From Minisyncoccia bacterium (GTDB taxonomy: Bacteria > Patescibacteriota > Minisyncoccia > SW-4-49-11), in assembly GCA_044356725.1 (NCBI GenBank), contig JBIKVS010000002.1:1-64000 (forward strand): a stretch of DNA of 64,000 nucleotides. The letters are read 5' to 3'. Positions 51,365 through 59,664 of the stretch are shown here, piece by piece. Numbering within the stretch: position 1 is the first letter of the stretch; the number at the start of each line of letters is the position of its first letter. The notes under the pieces were generated by a model. The model did not search any database, was not told the origin of the DNA, and saw nothing but the letters and a program-made list of their open reading frames with translations. The position numbers and the translations under genes were made by a program.

Positions 51365-51961
51365 TTATTTTTGTAATAATTTAAGAGCTAAGCGAATTTG
51401 TTCTGAGACCTCAAGAGTACCGTCTAAATTTGAGAGTACTTTTTGAATTTGAGACGGTTTATATCCAAGAGACTCCAAAGCATCCCAAACATCTTGAGTA
51501 TTTTGAGATGAAGCTGAGTTAGTAGAAATATCATCAGCAATAGTAATATGATTATATAGTGGGCTTAATTTATCTTTTAACTCTAAAATTATTCTTTCAG
51601 CAGTTTTTTTCCCAATTCCAGAGGCTTGATTCAAGACACTGATTCTTTCTTGTTGAATTGACTGCATAATAGCTTCTGGTTGGTCTAAATCTAGAATTGC
51701 AAGTGCACTTTTAGCTCCTACTCCATTCACTGAAATTAAATATTTGAATAACTCAAATGAAATCATATCCAAAAAACCAAATAGAGTAAGGCTATCTTCT
51801 TTTACATCTAAATATGTTATCAAAGAAACATTTTCCCCAACAGAACCAACTGAAGTATAAGTAATACTATTTACCAAAACACTATACCCCACTCCACGCA
51901 CATCCACAATTAGGTTGTTATTTTGTTTGTATTGAATTGTTCCAGCTAAACTAGCTATCAT
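51365..51961 (-). CDS. ruvA: Holliday junction branch migration protein
   Basis: GVGY, LFGF, GVGAKSAL, GIGKKTAERIILELK. Confidence 0.96.
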   Translation of the reverse strand: MIASLAGTIQYKQNNNLIVDVRGVGYSVLVNSITYTSVGSVGENVSLITYLDVKEDSLTLFGFLDMISFELFKYLISVNGVGAKSALAILDLDQPEAIMQSIQQERISVLNQASGIGKKTAERIILELKDKLSPLYNHITIADDISTNSASSQNTQDVWDALESLGYKPSQIQKVLSNLDGTLEVSEQIRLALKLLQK

Positions 51962-52005
51962 AAAGTGATTTATATTTATATTTTTATTATATCATATAAA
52001 TTTTT

Positions 52006-52218
52006 AATTATGAATGGTGGATAATTTAATTATGAATTGTAAGTTGTGAATTATGAATGGCGCTTCTGTCTCCCTTCGGAGGGAGTACCCGTAGGGGGAG
52101 GGAGGACTTCAGACAACACAAGATAACCCCCTCCTAAACTAAAGTATAGGAGGGGCTTAAGAACAATGTCGGCGAGGGCGCCGACTCTACGAACTTACAA
52201 TTTAGAATTCATAATTAT
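52006..52218. repeat. REP-like mosaic F framed by inverted heptamer arrays
   Basis: aattatg array, tgtctcccttcggagggagtacccgtagggggagggaggact, GTAG-REP at 52159-52202, cataatt at right. Confidence 0.88.
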
Positions 52219-52284
52219 ATTATTTTATGCTATAATATATAAGGTATAATTTTATACCCGATTATTAAATTAAATAAAATCATT

Positions 52285-52806
52285 ATGATGAAAGTAGGAC
52301 AACCAGCTCCTGACTTTACCTTACAAGGTTATCAGGACGGAAAATTTGCAGAATATTCACTATCTCAAATCACTGGTTCTGGGAAATGGGTGGTATTATT
52401 CTTCTATCCTCTAGACTTTACTTTTGTATGTCCAACAGAAATTACTGGATTTAACAAAAAAATTGAGGAGTTTGATAAGTTAGGAGCTCAAGTATTAGGA
52501 GCTAGCGTAGATAGCGTTCACTCTCACAAAGCTTGGGTTGAGAAAGATTTAGGAAAATTAGAATTCCCTCTTCTATCTGACTTCAAAAAAGAAACAGCTG
52601 ATAGCTACAATATTCTAGTTGATGAAGATGGTGGTGTAGCCTTAAGAGGAACATTTATTATTGACCCTGATGGAATCTTACGCTACTCAGTAGTTTCTGA
52701 CTTGAATGTAGGACGAAGCATTGATGAGACTGTAAGAGTATTATCTGCTCTTAAAAATGGAGGTCTTTGCCCGGTAGAATGGGAAGAAGGAGAAGCTACC
52801 TTATAA
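52285..52806 (+). CDS. ahpC: 2-Cys peroxiredoxin
   Basis: FFYPLDFTFVCPTE, GLCPVEW. Confidence 0.95.
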   Translation: MMKVGQPAPDFTLQGYQDGKFAEYSLSQITGSGKWVVLFFYPLDFTFVCPTEITGFNKKIEEFDKLGAQVLGASVDSVHSHKAWVEKDLGKLEFPLLSDFKKETADSYNILVDEDGGVALRGTFIIDPDGILRYSVVSDLNVGRSIDETVRVLSALKNGGLCPVEWEEGEATL

Positions 52807-52822
52807 TAGCTATCCCTTAGAT

Positions 52823-52857
52823 AATAAAAAAGGCGGTTTTAAACCGTCTTTTTTATT
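52823..52857. terminator. Bidirectional intrinsic terminator
   Basis: aataaaaaaggcggttt-t-aaaccgtcttttttatt between convergent genes. Confidence 0.8.
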
Positions 52858-52878
52858 TAATATTCTTTAAACAGTGTA

Positions 52879-53124
52879 TTATGCTTCTATACCAACTAAT
52901 TTAGCTAAAGTAGCTCTGTCATATCCAATTAGAATTTGACCATCTACATCAATAACAGGGACTCCCATCTGTCCGCTTTTTTCAACTAATTCATTACGCT
53001 TTTCTGCATCTGCAGCAACATTATATTCTACAAAAGGAACATTGTTTTCAGCTAAAAACTCCTTAGCTTGCTTACAAAAACCACAAGTTGGGGTGGAATA
53101 AATCTGTATATTTGGTGTGCTCAT
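52879..53124 (-). CDS. Glutaredoxin/NrdH-like redoxin
   Basis: YSTPTCGFC, GQMGVPVI. Confidence 0.92.
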   Translation of the reverse strand: MSTPNIQIYSTPTCGFCKQAKEFLAENNVPFVEYNVAADAEKRNELVEKSGQMGVPVIDVDGQILIGYDRATLAKLVGIEA

Positions 53125-53165
53125 AATTTTAATAGTTAATTTAATACTCTTATATTATATCACAA

Positions 53166-53909
53166 TTATTGTAAGAATTCATCTATATATGTCTTAAAGG
53201 TATCAATTGGTAAAGCTCCAGCAATTCTAATACCTTGAGTTAACTTCCCATCTTCCAGTTTACCTATTATGAATCCTGGAGTTCCATTAACACCATTTTG
53301 ATTAGCAAAATCCATATCAGCTTTTACTTTATCCAAAGTCTCTTCTTCTTTAAGACAGGTATCAAATTTATTAGTATCTAAGTCTTGAATCTCCCTTGCC
53401 AATTCATTAAGCTTGGATTCTTGCATACCCTCTCCTCCACTTTCAGTATTAGCAAAAATTAAATCCACATATTCAAAGTAAGCTTGATTTCCTTTTTGCT
53501 CATACACACATTGAGCTGCTACAGCTTGTTTAGTAGCTAATGGATCATGAAAATCTAGGGGATAATCTTTCCAAGCTAAGATTGCTTTATCTGTATTCAC
53601 GTATTGTTCTATAATTTCCTTACGAGCCTCATCATGGAATTTTTTACAAAATGGACATTCAAAATCACTAAATTCAATAATAGCAATTTGTGATTTTGAC
53701 TTAGAACCCAGATAAGGCGTATCTTTTGATAAATCTACAGATATATTCCTAGCATCTACTGGGTCATCTTGTTCTTGCTGGGAATCTGTATTGGAAGCTG
53801 TATTATTGTTAGCTCGAGACTGTGCTCCATTATACAAAACTGCCGAAGCAATCATCATACCAGATAAAAGAATCGAAGCGACTATTAATAGAATTGATTT
53901 ATTTTCCAT
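53166..53909 (-). CDS. DsbA-family oxidoreductase
   Basis: TM anchor, FSDFECPFC, GTP. Confidence 0.92.
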   Translation of the reverse strand: MENKSILLIVASILLSGMMIASAVLYNGAQSRANNNTASNTDSQQEQDDPVDARNISVDLSKDTPYLGSKSKSQIAIIEFSDFECPFCKKFHDEARKEIIEQYVNTDKAILAWKDYPLDFHDPLATKQAVAAQCVYEQKGNQAYFEYVDLIFANTESGGEGMQESKLNELAREIQDLDTNKFDTCLKEEETLDKVKADMDFANQNGVNGTPGFIIGKLEDGKLTQGIRIAGALPIDTFKTYIDEFLQ

Positions 53910-54003
53910 ATTATATTATGCTAATTATATAGATATATTATATCATATATTTTTATCTACATCAAAACACCTTATAAATTTATAATTAAACAACAATATT
54001 ACT

Positions 54004-54942
54004 ATGATTTATGACACTATTATAATCGGAGGAGGACCTACAGGAACAGCTGCCTCTATCTATGCTGCCCGAAAACAACTCAAAGCTATTCTTATCACTG
54101 ATAGCTTTGGTGGACAATCTGTAGTATCCAATGACATAGACAATTGGATTGGAGACATTAGAATTTCTGGTTTTGACTTAGCTCAAAAGTTTGAGGCTCA
54201 CATCAAAGCTCAACCTGGTCTTGAGACTTTAGTAGATAGAGTTGCTAAAATTGACCAAGTCTCAGAGAATCCTTACCCAATTTATGAAGTTGTGACTGAG
54301 GGTGGTAAAACTTTTCAAACTAAAACTCTTATTCTTGGAATGGGAGCACATAGAAGGAAATTAGATGTACCAGGAGAAGCAGAATTTAGCGCAAAAGGAG
54401 TAGCCTACTGTGCAACTTGTGATGCTCCATTCTTTGAAGGTAAAAAAGTAGCCGTAGTTGGAGGCGGGAATGCTGGACTTGAAAGTGCCCTTGACTTACT
54501 TGCCTATGCTAGTGAAGTATATCTATTCAATCGTAGTGATGAGTTGAAAGGAGACCCTCAAACAGCTGAGAAAATTCAAAAGCACCCTAACTTTAAGGGG
54601 ATTCTATATAATACAGTTGTAACTGATATTTTTGGTGAGACTATGATGACAGGAGTGCATTATCAGAATGTATTAACTCAAGAAATAACGGAGTTAGAAT
54701 TAGATGGATTATTCATTGAAATTGGATCTCTGCCAAATTCAGATATAGTCAAACATTTAGTAAACACTAATCAAATTGGGGAGATTATCATTGATCATAA
54801 ATACTCCACCACCTCTCGAGCAGGGATATTCGCAGCTGGAGATATCACTGATGAGGCTTATAAACAGAATAATATCTCAGCTGGAGATGCTGTCAAAGCT
54901 GCCCTCTCAGCTTATGCTTATATTCATAAATTGGAGGGGTAG
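54004..54942 (+). CDS. trxB: Thioredoxin reductase (TrxB/AhpF-like)
   Basis: GGGP, YCATCD, GGGNAG, FAAGD. Confidence 0.9.
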   Translation: MIYDTIIIGGGPTGTAASIYAARKQLKAILITDSFGGQSVVSNDIDNWIGDIRISGFDLAQKFEAHIKAQPGLETLVDRVAKIDQVSENPYPIYEVVTEGGKTFQTKTLILGMGAHRRKLDVPGEAEFSAKGVAYCATCDAPFFEGKKVAVVGGGNAGLESALDLLAYASEVYLFNRSDELKGDPQTAEKIQKHPNFKGILYNTVVTDIFGETMMTGVHYQNVLTQEITELELDGLFIEIGSLPNSDIVKHLVNTNQIGEIIIDHKYSTTSRAGIFAAGDITDEAYKQNNISAGDAVKAALSAYAYIHKLEG

Positions 54943-54962
54943 TTATTATAATTGCTCTAAAG

Positions 54963-54998
54963 TAAAAAGAGTATCTTATGGTTAGGATACCCTTTTTA
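54963..54998. terminator. Probable bidirectional terminator
   Basis: taaaaagagtatctta...taggatacccttttta between convergent ORFs. Confidence 0.6.
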
Positions 54999-55001
54999 TA
55001 G

Positions 55002-55286
55002 TTATTTACAAGGAAGAGAATATAAAATAAGTATATTATTTTTATCTATCAGCTCTATTGGATCTCCAGGATATAAAATTATATGTCCTGAATTTTGGTT
55101 TTCATTAACTATTTCATTACACCGAACAGCGTATATAGTGTATAAATATGATCCATACCTTAATAAAATTTTAGATCCGTGATTTATCCTTAAAGCATTA
55201 TATGTTCTTTCTTTTATTGGTTTTGACAAGATAGGTTCTGGGAAAAAAATTAATCCCAATAATAAGATAAAGAACAACCTTTTCAT
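55002..55286 (-). CDS. Hypothetical exported protein (94 aa)
   Basis: Signal-peptide-like MKRLFFILLLGLIFF. Confidence 0.5.
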   Translation of the reverse strand: MKRLFFILLLGLIFFPEPILSKPIKERTYNALRINHGSKILLRYGSYLYTIYAVRCNEIVNENQNSGHIILYPGDPIELIDKNNILILYSLPCK

Positions 55287-55394
55287 AAATCGATTCCTAA
55301 GAACTGGAACACAAATACTATATCATAAAAAGTAGTTATATACAATTGTCTGTACTAGATGATATGATCGAAATATATAGAGTACTAAATAAGC

Positions 55395-55539
55395 AATTGT
55401 CCTCCTTTGGAGGAGGTGGCACGAAGTGCCGGAGGAGGACTAAGGCTGATGTTGTTGTTATAAAGTTTATTCTAATATTTTAGTATTTCAAGTATAGTCC
55501 TCCCTCCCCCTACGGGTACTCCCTCCAAAGGGAGACAAA
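55395..55539. repeat. REP-like pair G (two oppositely oriented units)
   Basis: 55397-55441 matches mosaic A; 55496-55539 is the reverse complement of 18648-18691. Confidence 0.88.
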
Positions 55540-55680
55540 ATAAAGTTCAACCTTTTGAATATAAGAATCTAAAAATAAATCTATGTATGCAAGATGAAAC
55601 TGATTTGATTTAAGATTTTCAGGATTCACATTGTTTCTCCATTGATCAAATACTATTTTGATTTCAACTATATCAATCAT
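55510..55680 (-). pseudogene. 56-codon ORF whose stop lies inside a REP unit
   Basis: ATG 1 nt after the idi stop; MIDIVEIKIVFDQWRNN...KVELYFVSLWREYP; last codons and TAG come from the repeat. Confidence 0.4.
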
Positions 55681-55681
55681 C

Positions 55682-56239
55682 CTACCTCTCCATAAACTCC
55701 TGAAACACCTTCGTTTTTTCCAATAATCTCAATTCCTCTTTACACCATTCTGAAAAGGTTGTCTCATCGGCAAAGGCTCTCGCCACAAATTCTTCCCAGT
55801 CAAGCCAACGATAATTCTCTACTTCCTCGGGGTGGGGCTTGATAATATCTGAGCTAATACCAAAGAATATTGGGCAAATTTCATTTTCTACCACTCCATC
55901 TCGCTCAAAACGGTAACGATAAGGACTAGCCTCTACTAAAATCTCAAAATTTTCAATCCCTAATTCATATTTAGCTCCTCTTCTTACAGCATCTATAGTA
56001 TCCTCACCAAGTTCAGGGTGACCACAACAGCTATTAGACCAAACTAATGGCCAAGTTTTTTTACCACTCCACCTTTGTTGAATTAAAAACTTTTTATCCT
56101 CAGGACGGAATACGAATAAAGAAAAAGCTCGATGAAGCGGAGTGTCTGCAGTATGAACATCAGATTTAGGAGCAACTCCAATTACTTCATCAAGATCCGT
56201 CACTAAAACAACATGTTCAAAATCTGGTTTCTGTAGCAT
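55682..56239 (-). CDS. idi: Type 1 isopentenyl-diphosphate isomerase
   Basis: VH...PLHRAFS, WSNSCCGHP, ENEICP. Confidence 0.94.
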   Translation of the reverse strand: MLQKPDFEHVVLVTDLDEVIGVAPKSDVHTADTPLHRAFSLFVFRPEDKKFLIQQRWSGKKTWPLVWSNSCCGHPELGEDTIDAVRRGAKYELGIENFEILVEASPYRYRFERDGVVENEICPIFFGISSDIIKPHPEEVENYRWLDWEEFVARAFADETTFSEWCKEELRLLEKTKVFQEFMER

Positions 56240-56248
56240 TGCAAAAAT

Positions 56249-56902
56249 TTATTTCTTTAATTCGGCATCTATTAGAGCTTTGAATTCATCTACTGTTTGA
56301 GGATTTTTAATAACAACCCCATTTAAAATGAAGGTTGGAGTTGAATTAACCCCAAGTGCTACTCCTGATTGATAATCTTTCTCTACTCGCTCTTTAGCAT
56401 CATCTTCAGGTAATAAATCTTCATCAAATTCAGCTACATCAAGACCAATAGCTTTAGCATAAGCTCCAAATAAACCTCTTGGATCTTCTTCTTTAGACCA
56501 TTCTGCTTGATTTTTGAAAAGCTCATCTTTCATCTCCCAGAATTTACCTTCCTCACCTGCAGCCTCAGCAGCTTGAGCAGCTAGGCCGGCATTAGGATGA
56601 ATACTTCTTAGAGGGAAATGCCTATAAACTATTCTCAAATCCTCAGCACTATAGTCTGATCTTAATTGTTTTACAATATCTTCATAAGCCTTACAGGCTG
56701 GACATTGAAAGTCAGAATATTCAACTAGAGTAACTTTTGCATCTTTATTCCCCAAATAAGTATCCTCATCTGTAACCTCTACATTCACATTCCTTGAACC
56801 TGTATCTTGAGTTCTAATTCCCCAAAACACTGCACCTGCTACTACCAAAATTGTAATTATAACTATTACTTTTCCGATTAAATTATTTTCCGTTGCTTCC
56901 AT
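56249..56902 (-). CDS. DsbA-family oxidoreductase
   Basis: YSDFQCPAC, YRHFPL, STPTF. Confidence 0.93.
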   Translation of the reverse strand: MEATENNLIGKVIVIITILVVAGAVFWGIRTQDTGSRNVNVEVTDEDTYLGNKDAKVTLVEYSDFQCPACKAYEDIVKQLRSDYSAEDLRIVYRHFPLRSIHPNAGLAAQAAEAAGEEGKFWEMKDELFKNQAEWSKEEDPRGLFGAYAKAIGLDVAEFDEDLLPEDDAKERVEKDYQSGVALGVNSTPTFILNGVVIKNPQTVDEFKALIDAELKK

Positions 56903-56980
56903 ATATATCTGTTAATAATTAATTTATAATCCTTTTTTATTATACCATATTTTACATTAAATTAACAATAATATGAATTA

Positions 56981-58222
56981 TTAATGACTATGCCCGTGAT
57001 GATGTGTATGTTCTGTTTGAGATCTTGGCTTATGAACGTATTTATCAAACACCTTAGCAGCAATCAAACTAGTAATTGGTACAGCTAGTATAATAGCAAT
57101 ACTTCCTGAAAGAGTTCTTATTAATTCCTGTCCAATAAATTCCGAATTTAAGGTCACCCAAATTGGAATATTGGAACTATTAATATACAATAGTAAGAAT
57201 AGTGGCAAGCTAGATCCCACATAAGCTAAAGCGAGAGTATTGACTAATGATGCAATATGATCTCTTCCAACTGACATCCCAGCACTATATAATTGCTTAA
57301 ACTTAGTCTTGGGATTTGCTCTTTTTATCTCATCTATGGTGGCAGCTTGAGCTACGGTAACATCATCTAGAACCCCAAGCATACCTACAATTACTCCTGC
57401 TAATAGTATTCCTCTTAGGTCTAAATCCGAATTTACAACTGAAGCTAAATAAAAGGTATCTTCACTACCAACCCCAAACATCTGTGCCAAATAGACAAAA
57501 ATTGCTGAAATACCATAAGCCAGTATTAAGGTTAGGTTCATACTAACAAAAGCGATAAAAGTACGAGTCCTAAATCCATGAGATACAAATATAGTTAAAG
57601 TAATAATTGTAAAACTAGCTATAAAAGTTACTAAAACTGGATTTTGCCCTCCTAGTAATGAAGGTACTAGATACCCAACCAGTACAGCTACACTAGCAAT
57701 TAAGCCTATCATAGAACCTATCCCTTGCCTGCCAGCAAAGATTACAGTTAAAATCAGAAAAAAGACAAGCATTCCAAGCAAGCCCGGCAATCTATACCTA
57801 TCCTGAATATAGTACTGCTCATTATCACCTACCATTGTCCTTACCACTACCAAAACATCTCCTTTTTTATAAATTTGACTTTCTTGCAAATCAGTCCCTC
57901 CCCCATTTTCAACTACTATAATTTCACCATTTTTATCTTTATCTAAAATTTTGAGAGTCAAATTTTGAGTTATAAGTTTACGGCCTAATAATTCACCTTC
58001 TTCTGTTTCTACTGCTTGTACCTCCGCTCTATAAAATCCATCTGGCTCAGTATATTGATCACTTTGACCCCCCTTTCTATTGTCATTATCTATAGGAGTC
58101 TCATCTAAAATTTCTTGTTCCTCTAAATTATTAATCAATTCACTTTCTTGCTCTTGAGCAAAATTATATTTGGGTAAAAAAATTAAAGATATAATTCCAA
58201 GAGTATAGATAAATTTTTGCAT
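56981..58222 (-). CDS. YibE/F-family membrane protein with His-rich tail
   Basis: LGVLDDVTVAQ, GRDHIASLVNTL.LAY.G, HTHHHGHSH. Confidence 0.9.
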   Translation of the reverse strand: MQKFIYTLGIISLIFLPKYNFAQEQESELINNLEEQEILDETPIDNDNRKGGQSDQYTEPDGFYRAEVQAVETEEGELLGRKLITQNLTLKILDKDKNGEIIVVENGGGTDLQESQIYKKGDVLVVVRTMVGDNEQYYIQDRYRLPGLLGMLVFFLILTVIFAGRQGIGSMIGLIASVAVLVGYLVPSLLGGQNPVLVTFIASFTIITLTIFVSHGFRTRTFIAFVSMNLTLILAYGISAIFVYLAQMFGVGSEDTFYLASVVNSDLDLRGILLAGVIVGMLGVLDDVTVAQAATIDEIKRANPKTKFKQLYSAGMSVGRDHIASLVNTLALAYVGSSLPLFLLLYINSSNIPIWVTLNSEFIGQELIRTLSGSIAIILAVPITSLIAAKVFDKYVHKPRSQTEHTHHHGHSH

Positions 58223-58238
58223 ATTTTATAATTATAGA

Positions 58239-59564
58239 TTATTTACTTTTTGAAATAATGTCTTTAGCAAGATATGGTCTTAATACCTTAGGGATTACAA
58301 TACTACCATCAGCTTGCTGATAGTTTTCCATAATCGCAATTATAATTCTACCGATAGCAAAGACAGTAGCATCATTCATATGTACAAAATTCTTTTTGCC
58401 ATCGACATCTCTGTATCTGGTCTGCAATCTACGAGCTTGGAAATCTCCCATATAATCTGAAGTATGCGTTTCACGATATTGATTTTGTCCAGGTAGCCAA
58501 GTTTCTATATCATAAGCTCTTATATCTGGAGTTCCCATATCAGCAGTACATTTTAGTACCACCTGATAAGGTAATTCTAATTGTTGCATAAGATATTCTT
58601 GAATAGCTACAATCAAATCTTGTTCTGCAAACCCTGAGTCCTTATCACTAAATACTTCAATTTCAATTTTATCAAATTGATGTAATCTCAAAATACCCTT
58701 CATATCCTTACCATAAGTACCAGCTTCTCGTCTAAAAGCAGTTGAATACCCCACATATCTAAGAGGTAGTTGTTTATAATCTAAAATTTCATCCATATGA
58801 AGTGGTCCCAAAGTATGCTCAGCACTACCAACCAACATCAATCCATCCTCAGTAGTCTGATACCTATCATCAATTGGATCAAGCCTTCCCATTCTCTTCA
58901 TAACTTCTGCCTTCATCAAAACTGGGGGAACAACAGGGGTATAGGCTTTATAAGATATATTTCCAAGCCCTGATTTATGAATAATTGCTTGAATAGTATT
59001 ACTGTCTTTGAGTGTAGATAACACCCATTGCACTAAAGCAAATTGCAAAAGCACTAAATCTCCTTTTAGATAAGCAAATCTTGCCCCCGAGACTTCGGCT
59101 GACTTTTCAGTATCAATTAAATCCAAAGTTTTACCCAATTGCCAATGTTCCAAAGGAGTAAAGCTAAAGACTGGCTTTTCCCCAACTTGTCTTAATACCA
59201 CATTCTCATCCTCAGACAATCCAATTGGAGTATCATCTGAATAAGTATTAGGAATTTTATACATTAAGTCACTATAAATCTCATCAACTTTCACAAAATC
59301 TAAATCTAGCTGAGATAATTTATCTTTAATATCTTTACCTTTTTGAATTAAAGCCTTTTTCTCATCATCTGTAAGAGTAGACATTTGCTTCATTTGCTCA
59401 GCAATAGAGTTTTTGTCAGTCCTCAAACTTTCAATTCTTTGTAATAAACCCTGCCTTTCCTCAAATACAGACATCAGATAATCTATATCTACTACTACTT
59501 TTTTATTCTTTGCAACTTCAATCAGAAAATCTCGATTGGCTTTAATATAAGATATATCTAACAT
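58239..59564 (-). CDS. serS: Seryl-tRNA synthetase
   Basis: MLDI, FRREAG, RLHQFDK.E, DFQARRL. Confidence 0.97.
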   Translation of the reverse strand: MLDISYIKANRDFLIEVAKNKKVVVDIDYLMSVFEERQGLLQRIESLRTDKNSIAEQMKQMSTLTDDEKKALIQKGKDIKDKLSQLDLDFVKVDEIYSDLMYKIPNTYSDDTPIGLSEDENVVLRQVGEKPVFSFTPLEHWQLGKTLDLIDTEKSAEVSGARFAYLKGDLVLLQFALVQWVLSTLKDSNTIQAIIHKSGLGNISYKAYTPVVPPVLMKAEVMKRMGRLDPIDDRYQTTEDGLMLVGSAEHTLGPLHMDEILDYKQLPLRYVGYSTAFRREAGTYGKDMKGILRLHQFDKIEIEVFSDKDSGFAEQDLIVAIQEYLMQQLELPYQVVLKCTADMGTPDIRAYDIETWLPGQNQYRETHTSDYMGDFQARRLQTRYRDVDGKKNFVHMNDATVFAIGRIIIAIMENYQQADGSIVIPKVLRPYLAKDIISKSK

Positions 59565-59664
59565 ATTTATGCATAATTTTATATAATATTAAGTATATCA
59601 CAGCTAAGCTATACACTCAACACAAATTATATGATATAATGAGACATATTATTAAGTAATAAAA

